Positions 39,981 to 55,137 are shown, numbered from the whole stretch's first letter. The stretch is 55,183 bases of DNA, filler included, from Bipalium vagum (GCA_037834085.1; 3 parts of 3 records of this genome joined end to end with filler, not necessarily neighbours in it), one strand, 5' to 3'. Made by a program: numbers and translations. The notes: generated by a model not told the origin, from the letters alone.

Positions 39981-42039
39981 TTTATCAACTTCCATAATTA
40001 CTGTTTGAAATAATTTCGTTTAAATAAAGGATGAGATCATGCATATCAATTTAATCAATATTGATTTACTAAGCAAATGTTTCCAAACAAAGCGCATATT
40101 TCATAATAATATTTAAAATATCATAAATATGAGTGATGAAAACTTATGCATACCATTAATATCTGATGTTAATTTACCGTTTATTGTTTTAATTTCAATT
40201 TTATTTAATTTGTAATAAAATAAAATTTATAATTATTATTAATTTAATATAATATAAAACAAAATTAATGAAAAAACAAGCAAGAAGAGTGAAAAGATGA
40301 TGAATCTATCCTATGATTTCTGAATCACCCACTTCTTAATTATAAAAACAAGAAATTTTTGTTTAAATTGAGTGAAATAAAAACAATTTTGTCATTTTGC
40401 ATGATAAGATTCTCATTGATACGCTTCATACGAACGAAGTAGTAGAGGAAAGTATGTTTTAAGAAACGCTTTTCTGATTTCTTCTTATTTTGAGATTATT
40501 TCAGCAATCAAATTAAATAAGACTTAAATATAATTTAATAATAAAAGTGTAACAATAATCATTAACATTATTAAGAATAATGATAATAAATAATAATTGC
40601 TTATTAAGACAATATTTAACTAAAATATTTTTATTTTCATCCAATAAAAAATTAGAATTAATAATTGAATCTTAATGTAGTAAAATGTTTAATTTCTAAT
40701 TGATGTTTGTTTTAATTTGTTAAACTTTCGAATTTGGAAATACCATATCTTTCAGAAGCCTAAAAATTATTGGTTCTATTGTAATATTATAAGATTTTTA
40801 GTCAAACTGGGAGAGTTTGAACTGGGTACTGTAAAGTATTTTGTTAAGATTTCGATGTAAATTTAAACTATACAAGAAAATTATGAAACAAGTTTTTGAT
40901 AAGAATTAAAGGTTCTGGAAGACCTTATATTGAAAATTATGAAAACCGTCGAGCAACATTGTCAAAAGCCATTTTCAAACGTTGACCTACGACCTTTGAA
41001 AATTTTAAACTTTTTCATCGGAAAATGTCCTGTCTCATAACAGATAAAGTGATCACGACACCGTCGAAACATCTAAGAACCATATGTGGACATTAATGAA
41101 ATCCGTTTCACATACATTCACTAGCGAAGTAACGTGCAAAAATCAAATGATTTTGATTAAAGTCCAGCAGTAACTGTTTTGAAACATCTCCCTCAGTCTT
41201 GTGAGTTAAACATTAATCATTCAGAATTGTTTCATTTTTGATGTGTACGATCTTGACGTATTTTGGACTACTTAAAAGCAGAAATCTGGTCAACAAATGA
41301 AGAAACAATAACTTTTTTCTTCGATACGAAGTCTCGAATTGTTAACCAAAATTATTTCTTGAAGGGTAGCGACTGTAAATGATACTTATAAATGATTAAT
41401 ATCAACAGTTTATCTTTAACATATTTGAAAAATAAAATTTTTCCATGCTTTTTAATTTTATTTCACAAATCCACTTTTTATGGAAAGAAGTGCGCATAAT
41501 TTCAAAGATAGAAAGTAAAATATTAACATATTACCGAGTAACAGGTAATATAGTATAAGAAATTATAAAATAATTTTCGAAATATCTATGAAGATAAAAC
41601 TCATCAAACTTTCAAAGTCGTGATAGATTTACAAAGTCATGTACGTTATTGTGGTGTGCTATGATTTTTCTATAAATGGTCTATTGACTTTGATTCTTTA
41701 CCTTTTCAAATAAATTAGCTAATACTATGCAACAATGGTTTTACAAAACATTGCAACAATGTGTTCTCAAAACCGATGTGACAGCACAGAAAATGATTCA
41801 AAAAGTTTGTAAATTGATCCAGATGACCTTATCTCGTCGACAAACGATAATTTCAATGACAAAATGTCATAAACCACAAAGTCAATTATTAGATTGTAGC
41901 ATATTTTTTATTGATTTTATTATTTTATGGTTTTGTGGTACATTATCATATTTATTTAATACTAAATACATTTATTTGAAAGATCTTTTTCTACTTTTCA
42001 AATTTCAGTAAAAATATTTATATTGGATTTTATTTTATT

Positions 42040-42300
42040 TAAATTTAACAGCTTTGAAATGTAATAGCAAATTGATCAAAAATCAACCAATCAACATTGC
42101 GTCGAGTAAACAACATTATAAAAAACAAATGAAAGAATAAATGAACCAAAGTCATTATTCTCCATGATAACGCGAAACGCAAACAACAAAAGTTCTCAAA
42201 ATTACAATCAGGTTTTTAAACATCCTTTCTATACCCCAGATAATGGGCCACATATTTCTTTCTTTTTAGGTCGCTGTCTAACCAAATGAAAGGCCTTAAT
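42040..42300 (+). mobile_element. Mariner remnant
   Basis: VIILHDNAK and FRSLSNQMKG motifs. Confidence 0.6.
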
Positions 42301-42847
42301 ATTATATATTTAATTTTCATTAATCGAAGAAATTTTTTTGTTTATTCTTGCGAAGGCATTCTATTACCGACGAAAGTCGAGTTAAAAACACATTACAATT
42401 TACAAAGAACTCTTATTGTAAGAAGATTCAATTGCTTGTTTTGGAAGAAGTGATAATAAGAAGAATTTAGTGTTTATTATTTGAAGTTAGTTCTTATGCC
42501 TTTCTATGCGACAGGGTTTGAATAAATTTTGGTGACTTATGGTTGTATCTAGGAAAACCAAAATGGTATTTTTATTGTGTATATTAGTTTCCCTAAGAAA
42601 GTACTTGATTTTATGTTTTTATTTAGTTGATTTGAGCAATAATATAAGTTATTTCTGCTTAAACGATTTTAATTTATGTTATTTATAATTATTATTTGAC
42701 CACATAGGTATCGTCGGATTATTATAATGATAATTGGTTTGTGTAGATATATAATATTTTTAAAAAGATTTTTACAGAATTCATTGAACTCCACCATTAC
42801 ATATTGATCTATGTTCCTATAGAATCCATATGAATCCTGGATTTTTA

Positions 42848-42917
42848 TTATATTATATTATATTATATTATATTATATTATATTATATTATATTATATTA
42901 TATTATATTATATTATA
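42848..42917 (+). repeat. (TATTA)n pentanucleotide microsatellite
   Basis: About 14 perfect units. Confidence 0.95.
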
Positions 42918-44699
42918 CTCAATCGTTATTATGTCGACGATAATAACCATTAAATAAAAAACAAGATTTAATGTTTCAAATCCATTTGAAGTTGTAATTT
43001 TTTACGACAAATCTCCACATGAACTATGGAAGGCTGATTAGTTGTAATAAATGATAATTACTTTATTTTTATTTCTCAAATAACGATAATATTAATTTGT
43101 TATTTATTTGTTTTATGTCACCATATTTCGATCTTCTTACATAATATAGTTATGAATAATAAAATAACTTTATAAAATTATATTAATAAATAAATTATAT
43201 TACTTCATTTCGACGAACAGCTAATGTTGATACGGTTTTATTAACAATTAAGAGAAAACACAGTGTTAAAAAAAATAATTTTTCAAAAATCGTTAAAACT
43301 AATCACATATAATTAAAAATAAATATTGAAAAATAAATATTCATTTAATTCCATTGATTAATTAAATTCTTAAGAATAGGGAAATATGATAATTTTCCGA
43401 TTTATTAAAACAAATATTTCTTTTTTTGAAACTAGACATTTTCGTGAAAAAATAAAAATATTAGTGGAAAAAAAATAAATTAGTAAATAAGCCAGACTTT
43501 TTCTGTTAATAATTTTAATTATCTTTTATGGATGTTTGACAAAGGCAAGTTTTTTTTTATTATAATATAAATCAATCTAAGAAATGAATTATAAAAGGTA
43601 ATTAAATATTCATGTCAAAATGGCCAAATTTATGTTTTATTAAAATAAATAAATGCCTGAAGCATTTCAGAATTGAGGAAAAGAAATAAATTATTCAACT
43701 GGAATTTTCACATAAATTTATTTCCTTGTAGAGATATGAATGCAATTGAATTAATTTAAATTTGCATTTAATTAATAATTAATAATTGCTATACAAAATA
43801 TTAAAAAAAAAAGAGAGAGAGAGAAGTTTTTTTTTTAATTTCATTTTATTATTAATGAAATTCAACTGAATAAATAAAATTAAATATTCCAAACTTTACA
43901 AACTTAATAATTTTTATATAAATTTATTGAAGAATATTTCTAATTTTTTCTTATTTAATTTCTTATTAAAATTTTATTCTTTTTTCTGATTTTACACATT
44001 TATTTTATTAATTTGGCTTTAGCACATTATTATCGGCAACCCACTGAAAATGAAAAAAGATAATTATTTGATGGAAATAACATTGGATAAATGGGGAAAA
44101 ATATTTATTTAATTTCATTATTTAACAGGTGACATTAACAGCGATTTGTTTGACTTTATATATTATATATTCTATTTTAGCCTAAATATTTTTCAATAAC
44201 AAAATAAAAGTCGTTTATTTTTTTAAGTGAATGTCAAAAGTTCTTCATTTCTCTCGAGCCTTTGAATTTCTTAGAAACCAAAATCCTTTTTGCTCTGGAT
44301 ATTTTACTTATTATTTATATTGTTTAAAATAACCATCTAACTGGACTATCAAAGTCATTTCCTTTTCAGAGAAAAGCAATTTAATAGAACAAATCTAAAT
44401 ATATATAAATATAAATTAAGCATTATTAAAGGAAGAATTTTAATAAATAAAAGGTGGTCATTATTAAAGGTCGAATTAGTCGAAAGATTTGAAATAAACA
44501 AACTTCATTATTTCAGTCATAGAAATATATGGTCCATTTCGAGTACTAAATGAGATCTTAATAATTTTCTCAAGTTTATTAATATTACTGGAACTATGAC
44601 AAGTCAACATGTCAAAATTATTTTCATCTATAAATTTCAAGCTATCAAAATTCATTATGAAGACCTGAAATTGATAGATTAAGTACGCGTTCATGACCA

Positions 44700-45560
44700 T
44701 GTTTCTTCAACGAATATTCAATTCTTCTCCGAAGCTGGTCAAGAATTTCGGCACACTAGCTTTTATCGTAAACGTGACGTTTTAATTCCGACCAAAGTCT
44801 TCGATCAGTGGTAGTTCAGGCATGTTCGCTTGATTGCAATGTTTTGTCACAAAATTATGTTGTTAGACTTCAGGAAATCTTGCGTTTCCTTCGAGTAATG
44901 AGAAGAAGCAAGATCTGGCCAAAACACAATTTCATAGTTTTGTGATACTGAGTAATACACTTTTTCAATTTACTCATGGATGTGGTGATATAGCATTTTG
45001 TATAGATTATCTATCCAAGCCAGTACTTTTGTCTCAAATTTTCCTATTCTATTTATTTTTATTTTGCTAGGCGCTTCTTCAATATTTGATTAATAAAATC
45101 CAGAATTAGCAGCCAGATCGTTGTTTGACAAACGGAAATATGACTCATCCAAAGTCACAATTTTACCACGAAAAGGGTTAACTAACTGGAGACATTTTGG
45201 ACGAGCTAAAGCATGTTGAACTATTCTGTGATTTGGAACCTTATTTTTTTTCATGTATCAAACATCCGTTTTTCTTTTAAAATTTGGCATACATACTGTT
45301 GGGTAACATTGAATTTTGAATCCATTTTTCTTTGCGAAATACCGTGAGTATGATCTATCATTTTCTTCAGGCTCTGTACCGATTTCGGAGGAATTTTTAT
45401 ATCAAAACGGCTACTTCCAGTTTTTTGTTCTGCATTTGTGTGATTTTCCTCTCCTCGAAGAATTTGATATAGTGTAGATTTTGCAGGATTTTCCTTCATG
45501 AAGTGCACAATGATCGCAGATTTCTTGTAAATTTGCAAAGTCGTACTCGCGTTTTTGAAA
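44700..45560 (-). mobile_element. Decayed Tc1-like transposase, DD37E-like
   Basis: KSTLYQIL...GISQRKMDSKFNVTQQYVCQILK HTH, IVTLDESYF..NSGFY and NMPELPLIEDF motifs. Spacing could not be counted. Confidence 0.7.
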
Positions 45561-45939
45561 GGTTTCTTTCTCTTTGATTAATATTTTAATAGTATCTTAA
45601 AAATATATGCAGCTTTGTATTTTTTTTTGTTTATTAATGGATAAATATGGAAATCAAAATAATTGTTTTTAATAATATTTTAAGATGGTCAATAAAGTTA
45701 ATTTTATGTAATGTGGTTAAGAAATTTTGCAGTATTTGGAACATATGATAGTAAGAGAGTGTTAGTAAGAGAGCTACTAAGCCCTTAACATTACCTCTAT
45801 TCCAAGAATATTTGATTTTTCAATAATTGTAGGTATTTGTCTTTTTCCTTTTACCAGTAAGTTGCCATACATAACCAATTTCTTTACACAATTTTCATAA
45901 GATTTAAAAATTTTTCATTTTATTTTTTGGAACTTATCT

Positions 45940-46320
45940 GTATTCAAACATGATTCTTTTTGGTCATCTCTAAGTTCGTGAGCCATCTATATCCTGCCTT
46001 GCTTTGTTAGCACATCTTTAAATGACTGTGTCTATAGTGATTCCTAATTTTGAACTGATCCCACCCAGCGTTTTACAATATTGTTCAATCGATGTTTGTG
46101 TAAGGCAGTCCACAATCGGTCCCCTGATGATCTAGAAGAGTCAGCGAAATCATAATTTCCGACAGTGAATCTGAAAAGCCATCTGAAAATTTCTGGCAAC
46201 TGTATCTCGACAGATTTGGTTAATTGATCTTGCAGCTTTTGGTGCTGCTTTACCAATATGAAATTCTTAAATCATAAAATTGGTCTTCATTCAAAATTTT
46301 CTTTGTCATTTCTACAGACT
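45940..46320 (-). mobile_element. Mariner N-terminal remnant
   Basis: RWLFRFTVGNYDFADSSRS and KQGRI*MAHELRDDQK, a degenerate WVPHEL motif. Confidence 0.7.
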
Positions 46321-47439
46321 TAATACATATTCAACAAATTACTCGAAAAATATTTAATCATGAATCATCTTTCATAAAACCGCCAGAAAACAAATGATTT
46401 TGATATCTTAAAACAACTTATTATTATTTGATTGAATATGAAATATTTAAGAAACAACATTTTTTGCGTCGAACAAATATTTATTTAAAACTGATGATAT
46501 TTTATTTATAAAAATTTATAAAATATTTTTCAGACGAAATTCACTTTGAGAATGTTTCTTCAAATCATTATCGCTTGATTTCGATATTTTTTAAGTATAA
46601 AATATATAAATAAGAGACTTGCAATAAAGTAATTAATGTTATTTTTGTAAATTCATGAGACCTGACAACTGCCGTTATTTCTAGCGGAAAATAGAATACA
46701 GATTGCCAATGTCCACTCACGGTTAGAAATGTTTATTTGACCATAAATTGACATTTATTGATTCGATGTTTTCAAAGGAAAAGATGAGGAAGAAATACAA
46801 AATTTCGAACTGTCTCTGTCTAACATTCTCAATATATTTTTTAATCCATTCTCTTCTGGATAATAAGATGCAATTTAAAACAAAAAACTAACGAAAATTT
46901 ATCTCTGTTTATTATAAATTGATTAATATTTTCTCATTTCACGTTAAAGTTACTTTTAAAAAAATTTTGAATAAAAATTTTTTAAAAATCATTCACGTTT
47001 ATTAATTAAAAAAATAATTTTTAAAAATAAATAAATAAACATGAAGATTGAAAAAACCACAATGCAATTTTCAGCTATATCCGGACATTTAACTTTATTT
47101 AACAAAAATAGGAAAAAGTAATTTCTTTTCCTTAATGTGAAAGATATTTCATTTAATATTTTATTTATTAAGACTGAGTAGGAATTTTGATATTAATATG
47201 ATTAAATTATTTATATTAAAATCATTAATTTAAATTTTTATTCACAATTATAATATATTTTAATCTTATTAAATAAAAAATATTACTTATTTTAGTTTCA
47301 TGAAACAAAGAAAAATTTTATAACATATATATATATAAACATTTTAATTATAAATTAAATTAAAATTTTATTTAATTATAGAAGATTACAATACACTCAA
47401 TTCTCTTTTAATTGCGATTTTGAAGTTATACGGTTTTTT

Positions 47440-47900
47440 TTAAAGGCCGTGAAAAGGTAGAACATCCTAACATACAAATAATTTTTATCCCTCCAAATAC
47501 AACGAGCTTAATTCAACCATTAAATCAGGGGGTTATTTCGGCATTCAAAAAATATTATCTACATTTTCGATAAGCTAGAAACTGAATCAATTACAGTTAC
47601 AAATGTTTGGAAGGATTTTAATATTTTAAACTGTATAAACCATGTTGTATTAGCAATTACTGAATTTAAACCATACACATTAAATGTATGTTAGAAAGAA
47701 GTTTAGCCATAATGCGTATTTAATAAAGATGTACCAAATCAAAAGACAACCATATCATCAGAAATTATTTCACTGACCAAAGCAATTAATGGCGAAGGCT
47801 TTGATTAATTTGACGAAAACGATATTGAAGAATTGCCTGAGGACAAAGCCTTTTGTGACAAAGAAATTTTAGAAAGTTTGGAATTAGATCCTATCGAAAA
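47440..47900 (+). mobile_element. pogo/Tigger DDE_1 transposase remnant
   Basis: IIFIPPNTTSLIQPLNQGVISAFKKYY...WKDFNILNCI. Confidence 0.85.
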
Positions 47901-48027
47901 ACCTTTTGAAGATATATAATATATAATGTGAATATAATTTGAAAGAGAATATTGTGAATAAAAAAATTAATAGAGTTTTTAAGTGTTTTTAACTTTTATA
48001 ATTATTATTATTTTAATGGTCTAACTA

Positions 48028-50200
48028 AGAGGTGGGCAAAATATGACCCACGAATCGCATGTAGGGATATTGAGTTCTGTTCTACCGTTGCAGTTAGGTT
48101 ATTTATGGTCATGATGTGGGTCTCAACCCTAAGTTTTATTTAAAATTAAATACTAAATTCAAAATAGCATATAAAATATTAATATTCCCCTTTTGTAAAA
48201 ATAGGATAAACAAATACTATATATAATTACGTTTTTGTTTTAATATTGAAAATTTAAAATTAAAGTATAAAATTTTTTTTAGAAATAATAATTTTTGTCT
48301 ACATTTGAGTTATATTGCAGAAATTTAAATATTTGACAGCATTTATTTTAACCATGTATTCAACCGAAAAATAACGATTGAGGATGAATGCCGTATTTTC
48401 AATGACGAGTAGAATACTACCGGGTGCGTCGTATAATCGCGGACTATTTTGAATTAGTCAACCTAATCAAACAAAAAAACAGCTCTGCCTATTTGTTGAT
48501 ATTTTTGTGTTGATTGGAATTTGATATATGATTGATTAAAAATTTTTTATAGATTTCATATTTTAGATGAACATAAACGACAAAAGGCAAGTGTTAGTTG
48601 TTTTACTCCAAGCCCAAAAATCTGTAAATGAGATTATAGATATTAAAAGTCTCAAAAACAATGATCTATAAAATTAAATCGAACCTGGCACACTATGGCA
48701 GCGCCTTGAAGCCCAGAAAAGCACGAAAAAGGACAGTAAGAACAAAAAAATTGATTGAAAAAGTCAAAAACAGGATAAGTTATAATCCTGTGAGATCAAT
48801 GCGCAAAATGTGCAATGGAATGAGTATTTCAGAACCTACAATGAGAAGAATTATTAAAGAAGACCTTAATTCAAAATCAAGAGCAATAAGGAAATGCCAG
48901 TTGCTAACTAATTCATTCAAAACCCAGATTAGAGAAATGTAAGAAAATAAGGTCAATGATGAAAAAAATTAAAGGGAAAATCTTGCTCTATTCTGATGAG
49001 AAATATTTCACTGTTGACAAAGTTCAAAACAGTAGAAATGATAGGTACATCACAAATATGCCTGTGAAAGATGTCCCAGATCACATTAAAACATCCCAGT
49101 CATATGATGGTTTTTGGACTGTTGTCATCAGATGGTAAAAAAATGCCTGCAGTATTGTTTGACTAAGGTTTTAAATTAAATACTGAAGATTATCTGAAGA
49201 TTTTACAAGAAAATGTTTTCCCATGGGTTCGAGCCAACTATGACGACATGGGAAAAGTCATTTCTACCCAAGATGGAGCTCCATGTCATATCTCAAAAGC
49301 AACCCAAGTGTCGCTCAAAGAAAATATAAAACTCTGGTATAAATCAATATGACCCCATGGCTCACCTGATCTCAATCCTCTGGATTTCTCAATATGGTCT
49401 TCTGTTCAGACAGACGCCTCCAGAGTACAGCAGTCTAATTAGAAGTCTCTAAAGAAAGCTGTAACGAAGGCATGGAACAATCTATCTCAGGTGTACATTC
49501 TCAAGACTTGCTCCAGATTCAGGTCCAGGGTTCAGGCCGTAATTGATGCTGATGGAGGTCTTTTTGAATAATTGTTTTATGTATGTATAATGTAATAAAA
49601 TATATGTTCATATTTAGTTCTCAATAAAATTTTACTTCATAAATTAAATTTTTATATTTTGCATTTATTTCCGCGATTATACGACGCACCCGGTAAATAC
49701 TCTGTCACTAATGTTTGCATAGAAGCGGTCTGTTGGCTGTCATGAATGTGTATTTAAAGATTACAACGTTAAAAGATACCACCAAACAAGGCATTTAGGA
49801 TTCGGTCAGAATTTTATGACAAAAGCAAATTATTTATTTAATAATTTAAGGAAGTGTAAAACAGTTTTAACGAATATAACACAAAATGCTTCAACCAAAA
49901 CCAGTTTGGTGCTCACCTATAAGAATAGAAAATTGAACAAGCCTTTCCTAACGGTGAGATCATAAAAGAATGCTTATTCGAGGCAATAGATATTATGTTT
50001 CCACAAAAGAGTGTAAAATTTCAAAAAAGAAACTTAGTGAGCCGTGGTGAAATTATAAGCTACGATATATTCTTGATATTTATATGGGTAATAAAGGTTC
50101 ATCTACAGGTAATCGAAGAATTCCTTAGTGCTGCATCACTCAGAGACACAACCACGTGCAAGGATTTGATCAATGTTGTTGAGAACTGCCGTTAGAGAGG
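48028..50200 (+). mobile_element. Decayed hAT (Buster/SPIN/Charlie-like) element, interrupted by a maT-like insertion
   Basis: Left end AGAGGTGGGCAAAATATGACCC. N-terminal EDECRIFNDE*NT continues after the insertion as KY..TN...AVC..CHE..FKDYNVKR.H...H. Later motifs KPFPNGEIIKECL and EEFLSAASLRDTTTCKD. Confidence 0.8.
48420..49693 (+). mobile_element. Full-length maT/DD37D-like transposon with a mutated transposase
   Basis: Perfect 24-bp TIR CCGGGTGCGTCGTATAATCGCGGA at both ends with TA target duplication. Transposase ~48568-49571 carries YSDEKYF, QNSRNDR, QDGAPCH and SPDLNPLDFSIW. Confidence 0.95.
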
Positions 50201-53200
50201 GTGCTTTGAAGTTAGTGAATAATAAAATTTAAAAAAAGAATATGCTAAAATTCAGATAATTATCATTTTTGATCATTTCAGATGTTAAGAGGTAGTCTTA
50301 GTTAAAAATGTTTCTCTCAAATTCTTCGTAAACTTTTTAATCAAGCGCTTTTTGATTTTTTTTATATATTTTGTTTTTATTATTGAATAAAAGAGAATCG
50401 ATATGAACATGTAAAAAAAAATTAAAGTATGATAAATCACATTATTGATCTTTCCACAACATCCTATGCCCGTCTAAAAAATTTGAGGACCACTTAAAAT
50501 CGCATCATAATATTGAAATAAAAATGCTTTTTAAAAAAATTATTATTTTAAATATTTATTCGAAATAATATCATTGGAAAATATCACAAAAAATGTTATT
50601 ATTTTGTTTGGAAAAAATTTTTTAAAATTTTTTTAAAAATGCGATAAAACTCAATTATAAAACAGAGGAAGAGAGAAAGGGAAAAAATATTTTAATAATA
50701 AAAAAATAATTTTAAAAAAATGAGCTTCAATGGTAATCATAAATCAATTTAGTATTTAACTCATTATAAATAAAATATTATTAAATCAAAAAGCAGGGTC
50801 TTTGACAGAAATGTCAAAACTTTGAAATTAGAAACAAAAGCAAAACAAAATTCTTTGACAAATTAAATTGACACAAAATAATTTTTACTGTTTTATTTTC
50901 CATATACACGATCTTTATAATTTATTAATGAAATTCGTGATTAGGAGCCATCACATTTATGATAAATAATCATCTCCGATACTTTTATTCTCAAAATTGG
51001 TCTGGGAACTCAAGATACATTTCTACCAACAATCGACGATGGGAATTCATCCTCTTATTTATCAAAATTGATAAGTATTTTTGAAATCTTGTGACAGCAG
51101 ACTAAATGAAATTAGCTTTCTCAAATCAATAATTGAATAATAAATTAGGCATTCCGTACAACTTGGTTGCCTTCAAGCCTCCGGTTTTCTGAACTGTGAA
51201 AGCTGTACTTTTACAAGATGACCTATGTATCCTGGTACAAGTCAGTATACCCCAGTTATTAGGCCAGTAATCAGACCCGAAAACAACAGGTTTCAGGGTT
51301 TCGAAGATGTTAAGCTGTCATCTCTGTGACGATTCTGTAAGGACATTTTTGCTAAGCATTTTTGGTGAAAAAAAGAAAAGATTTTATAATAAATGATTGT
51401 AAAGCTCCTAATAATACAACTTCGGGTTAATATCAAGCAAAGGGTTTTTCTGATTATTTTCTGAAATATTTTCTGATAAAAATATTTCAGTTATATATTT
51501 TAAATTTTAATTAATTAATTAATTTTAAATAATAACATAAAAATAAATTAATAATTAATATAAAATATTTTTTAAAAAAACATTTTAATAAATTTTTAAA
51601 AAATAATTTTAGTACATTTTTAATACATTTTTTATACATTTCAAATAATTTTTTAATAATTTTATAATAAAGTAATAATGGTTTAAAAAATAATTAATAC
51701 GAAATTAGTTAAATTTTATTAAATTAAACTTTATTTATTACTCTTAAATTAAATGTTATACAAAAAATTTCTTTATCATTGTTAATACTTTTATGAAAAA
51801 CGACTTAAAATGTGTTCCATTTTTATTCCAAATATTTAATTAATTTTATTATTTCATCTTTTCAGTATTAATTTTGATAAAAATAATATTAAAAAATTTA
51901 ACAATTCCACTAAAAACTTTAATGAATTTTAAATATATTTTTTAGAGTTAAGAATTATTTTTATTTTTATTAAATTAATTTTAAATGTGACATTTGTCAT
52001 TGGTTGAAAAGTTTTTATTTAATTATTTCTTTTTCTAATTAAAAACTTTTTTTGAAATGAATATTTAATTACCAATAACCGATAATGAATAAATATCAAT
52101 AATTAAAAATCAAATCATTTTTTCATACGAAAGGAAGAAATTTGAATAAAATATTATTAACATATTATTAATTCAATTAATTTCTAATATTTTTTCTCAG
52201 AAACATTTTCAATATGACAATGACTCTATAGTATATATATATATATATATTTAAACTTATCATAATTGAATTAAATTAATCATTGGCTTATTGAATAATT
52301 ATTAATCCAATAGTTTTATAAACAAAAAAATTTTTAATTAACATTAGTTAATTAATAATAATTAATCAAAAATTATTTTAAAATAATAATTGTATACTAT
52401 AATTTGATTAATTTAGTTATTAATTAATTAATTATTTATATTAAAAAAAATCAAAATTAGTTAACTCAAGCTTTTTTTTAAAAAAGCTACAATAAGTATA
52501 ATTTTAAAAAGCTTTGTTCAAATCAATTTCTTAAAACCATTTTAATATTTTATATTTAATTTTTAAAATTGTAATTTCAAATAATTTTATTATTCTTTAT
52601 TTATTTTTAAAAATATTTTCTGTGAACCCTTGAAAAATTAATTAAGTTTGTTCTATTATTTTCATTACTTAATATTTATATTCTACTGGCTACATTAATA
52701 TATATTCAAATATATTAAAAATAATTCTTTATTTTCTATATATTTTTTATCTTTTCACTCGTTTAAATTCATAATACTTAATTTACCAATACAGAAGTAA
52801 GTGATATTTTTAATAGAAGTAACAACAGGAATATAACTGTTATGTTCCAAAAAATGATAAAAATGGGGTTAAAAATATCAATATTGGACTTTAGATAACT
52901 TAGCAAGATTCACTGAAACTAAAGGATTTTTGGAGTTTAAATGTGGAACAAAGTTTGAAAATAGGGTAAAGACTATGCACAATCAAATCGATAAAAGTGG
53001 CAATAAAAATAAAAATCAAAACCTTTTTAATACTTCTATTTCTGTATTCAATTAAGAGGTAACAAAATAATTAATAAAAAGTCAAAGGCTTACAAACAAT
53101 CCTTTCACAACTACCTAGTAATCTGTGGAAAAGCCGTGGGACAATTTACCAACTTAACGGCTGTGTAAATTGTAAAAAGAATAAGAGAAGAACAAGAAAA

Positions 53201-53945
53201 TATTAAAAATAAAGATAAATAATCCTAGTATCAATGAACTAGTGATTATTAGAATGATGATTTAAAAATTTTTGTGGATTAAAGTTTTATAAAAATTTCC
53301 AAGAGTGAAAATTAATAATGATAATAATAGCAATTACTTAATTCCTGAATTGCATAAGCACTTTGATATTGAAATTTGATAGGAGTCCTTGGAATGATAA
53401 TTGTGTCTAGTCACAATAGTTGACTTTAATATTTATATCGATTATTTGACTAAATCCTACTTTGTTTATGCAAGATCCTAGACTTCCTATTGTCTGGATT
53501 TTTTATAAAATTTTGGTGCATGCTTCTTTTAAATGTCATCGGGGTTATATAATTAAAATATATTGTTTTAATTATTTTTAATATTTTGTTTTTTTCTTAT
53601 TTTTATTATAGTAATTTTTATTTTAATAATTTTTCAAAATATTTATCTGTTATTTTTAAAATAACATAATGTTTCTATCTATAAATAATCATATTTTTAT
53701 GTTAATACTGACAATAATATCAGCAATAATAATAATAATAATTATTATTATTATCATATAATTTTTATAATGGTTTTATTTTAAAAATTAGAGGTTTTTA
53801 TTGTGTATAAAAAGTATATAATACCCATCAAGTTCATAAAAATTAAAATCAATCATAGAATGTTTTTCAGTTTTTTCGCAGTCTCCACAAAACTTAATAT
53901 CCCAACGCCAGATTTAACATTTCCATCATTTTTGTAGTACCAACA

Positions 53946-54257
53946 TTAAACACTCCAAATATAACAATTTTTTAAAGAAAATTCATACTTTTCTACTAAA
54001 TCTAAGTCTAATAGACAATAGATCAAGGTTTCCCTTCTTTTCACTGCTGTCTTTTTCACCTTTAAGTATCTTATGCACCGCGCGATGCATTTTTCAACAT
54101 CGTCACCCTTAAAGAACGTTTTTGGTTGGAAACGTTCAGTGATTGGATCCGAGTCGGTGATGACTGCCATGTTAATATCAATCGGTTTATAATCAGAATT
54201 AGAAGTCATCTTTTCAATATATTTATTAAGTGAATAAGAAAAATAATATTTAAACAA
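53946..54257 (-). mobile_element. Gag-like remnant, paralogous to 35889-36077
   Basis: FQPKTFFKGDDVEKCIARCIRYL...LLDLDLVEKYE aligns by eye with IRPEFFRRSDDVDKFLHKCKDYF...LIENELREKYE. Confidence 0.5.
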
Positions 54258-55124
54258 ATTTTCTCACACCAGGAAAATCCTTTTTATTACATTTTTAAAA
54301 TAAATTTATTTCAAAATTTCATTCATGCATTTTAAATATTTTAAAATAATTTAAAAATTCCAGAGGTTTAATAATTTTGCGGTGTTTTGACATTATAATT
54401 TGATGATTGTTATTTCAATTTTACTTGGGTGGTTTTAAAAGTTTGCGAAATGAAGCATAAAGAAAATTTGTATAACCACGCTATCATATTTATCGTACTA
54501 AAACTACATTACCAATATTAATAAAATTAAAAACTGATATATTTTTTTACTAATTTATTTATAATAAAATCAATAATTCCTTTTTTTTCTTTTAAAAAAC
54601 TTTAATTTTATTTTTTAATCTTTTAATAATTGATGGTTGGTTACAGTTATAAATATTTCATACAAATCGATAATTATATTTTTTTCATTATTAATTTGAT
54701 TTAGCTATAAACTCCTTTTTCTCTTGTGATTATTTAATAATTCTAAACTAAATATTATTTTTATACTTTTACAATATGGATGTGCAGTCTTAAATTATTA
54801 AACATATTACTTCATTTTTATAATTTTTTGTAAATAAATAAAGATTATACATTTGTATTTATGATTTTGTTTTTAATTTAAACTAATTTATATATATATA
54901 TATATGTTTATTTATATATAAAATGAAAAACTGAAGGTATATCTGCAAAAATAATTTAAATTACATTATAAAAATAAATATAAGGATAATGAAATGAATT
55001 GAAGTGATTTTTAATTATTTGCAAATTTTGAATAATTTTAGGTTTATTAATTAATTTTAATAATTAAATTGATTTAATAAACTTTTATTAAATCAATTAA
55101 TTAATTTTAATAGAATCAATTATT

Positions 55125-55137
55125 TATTATTATTATG

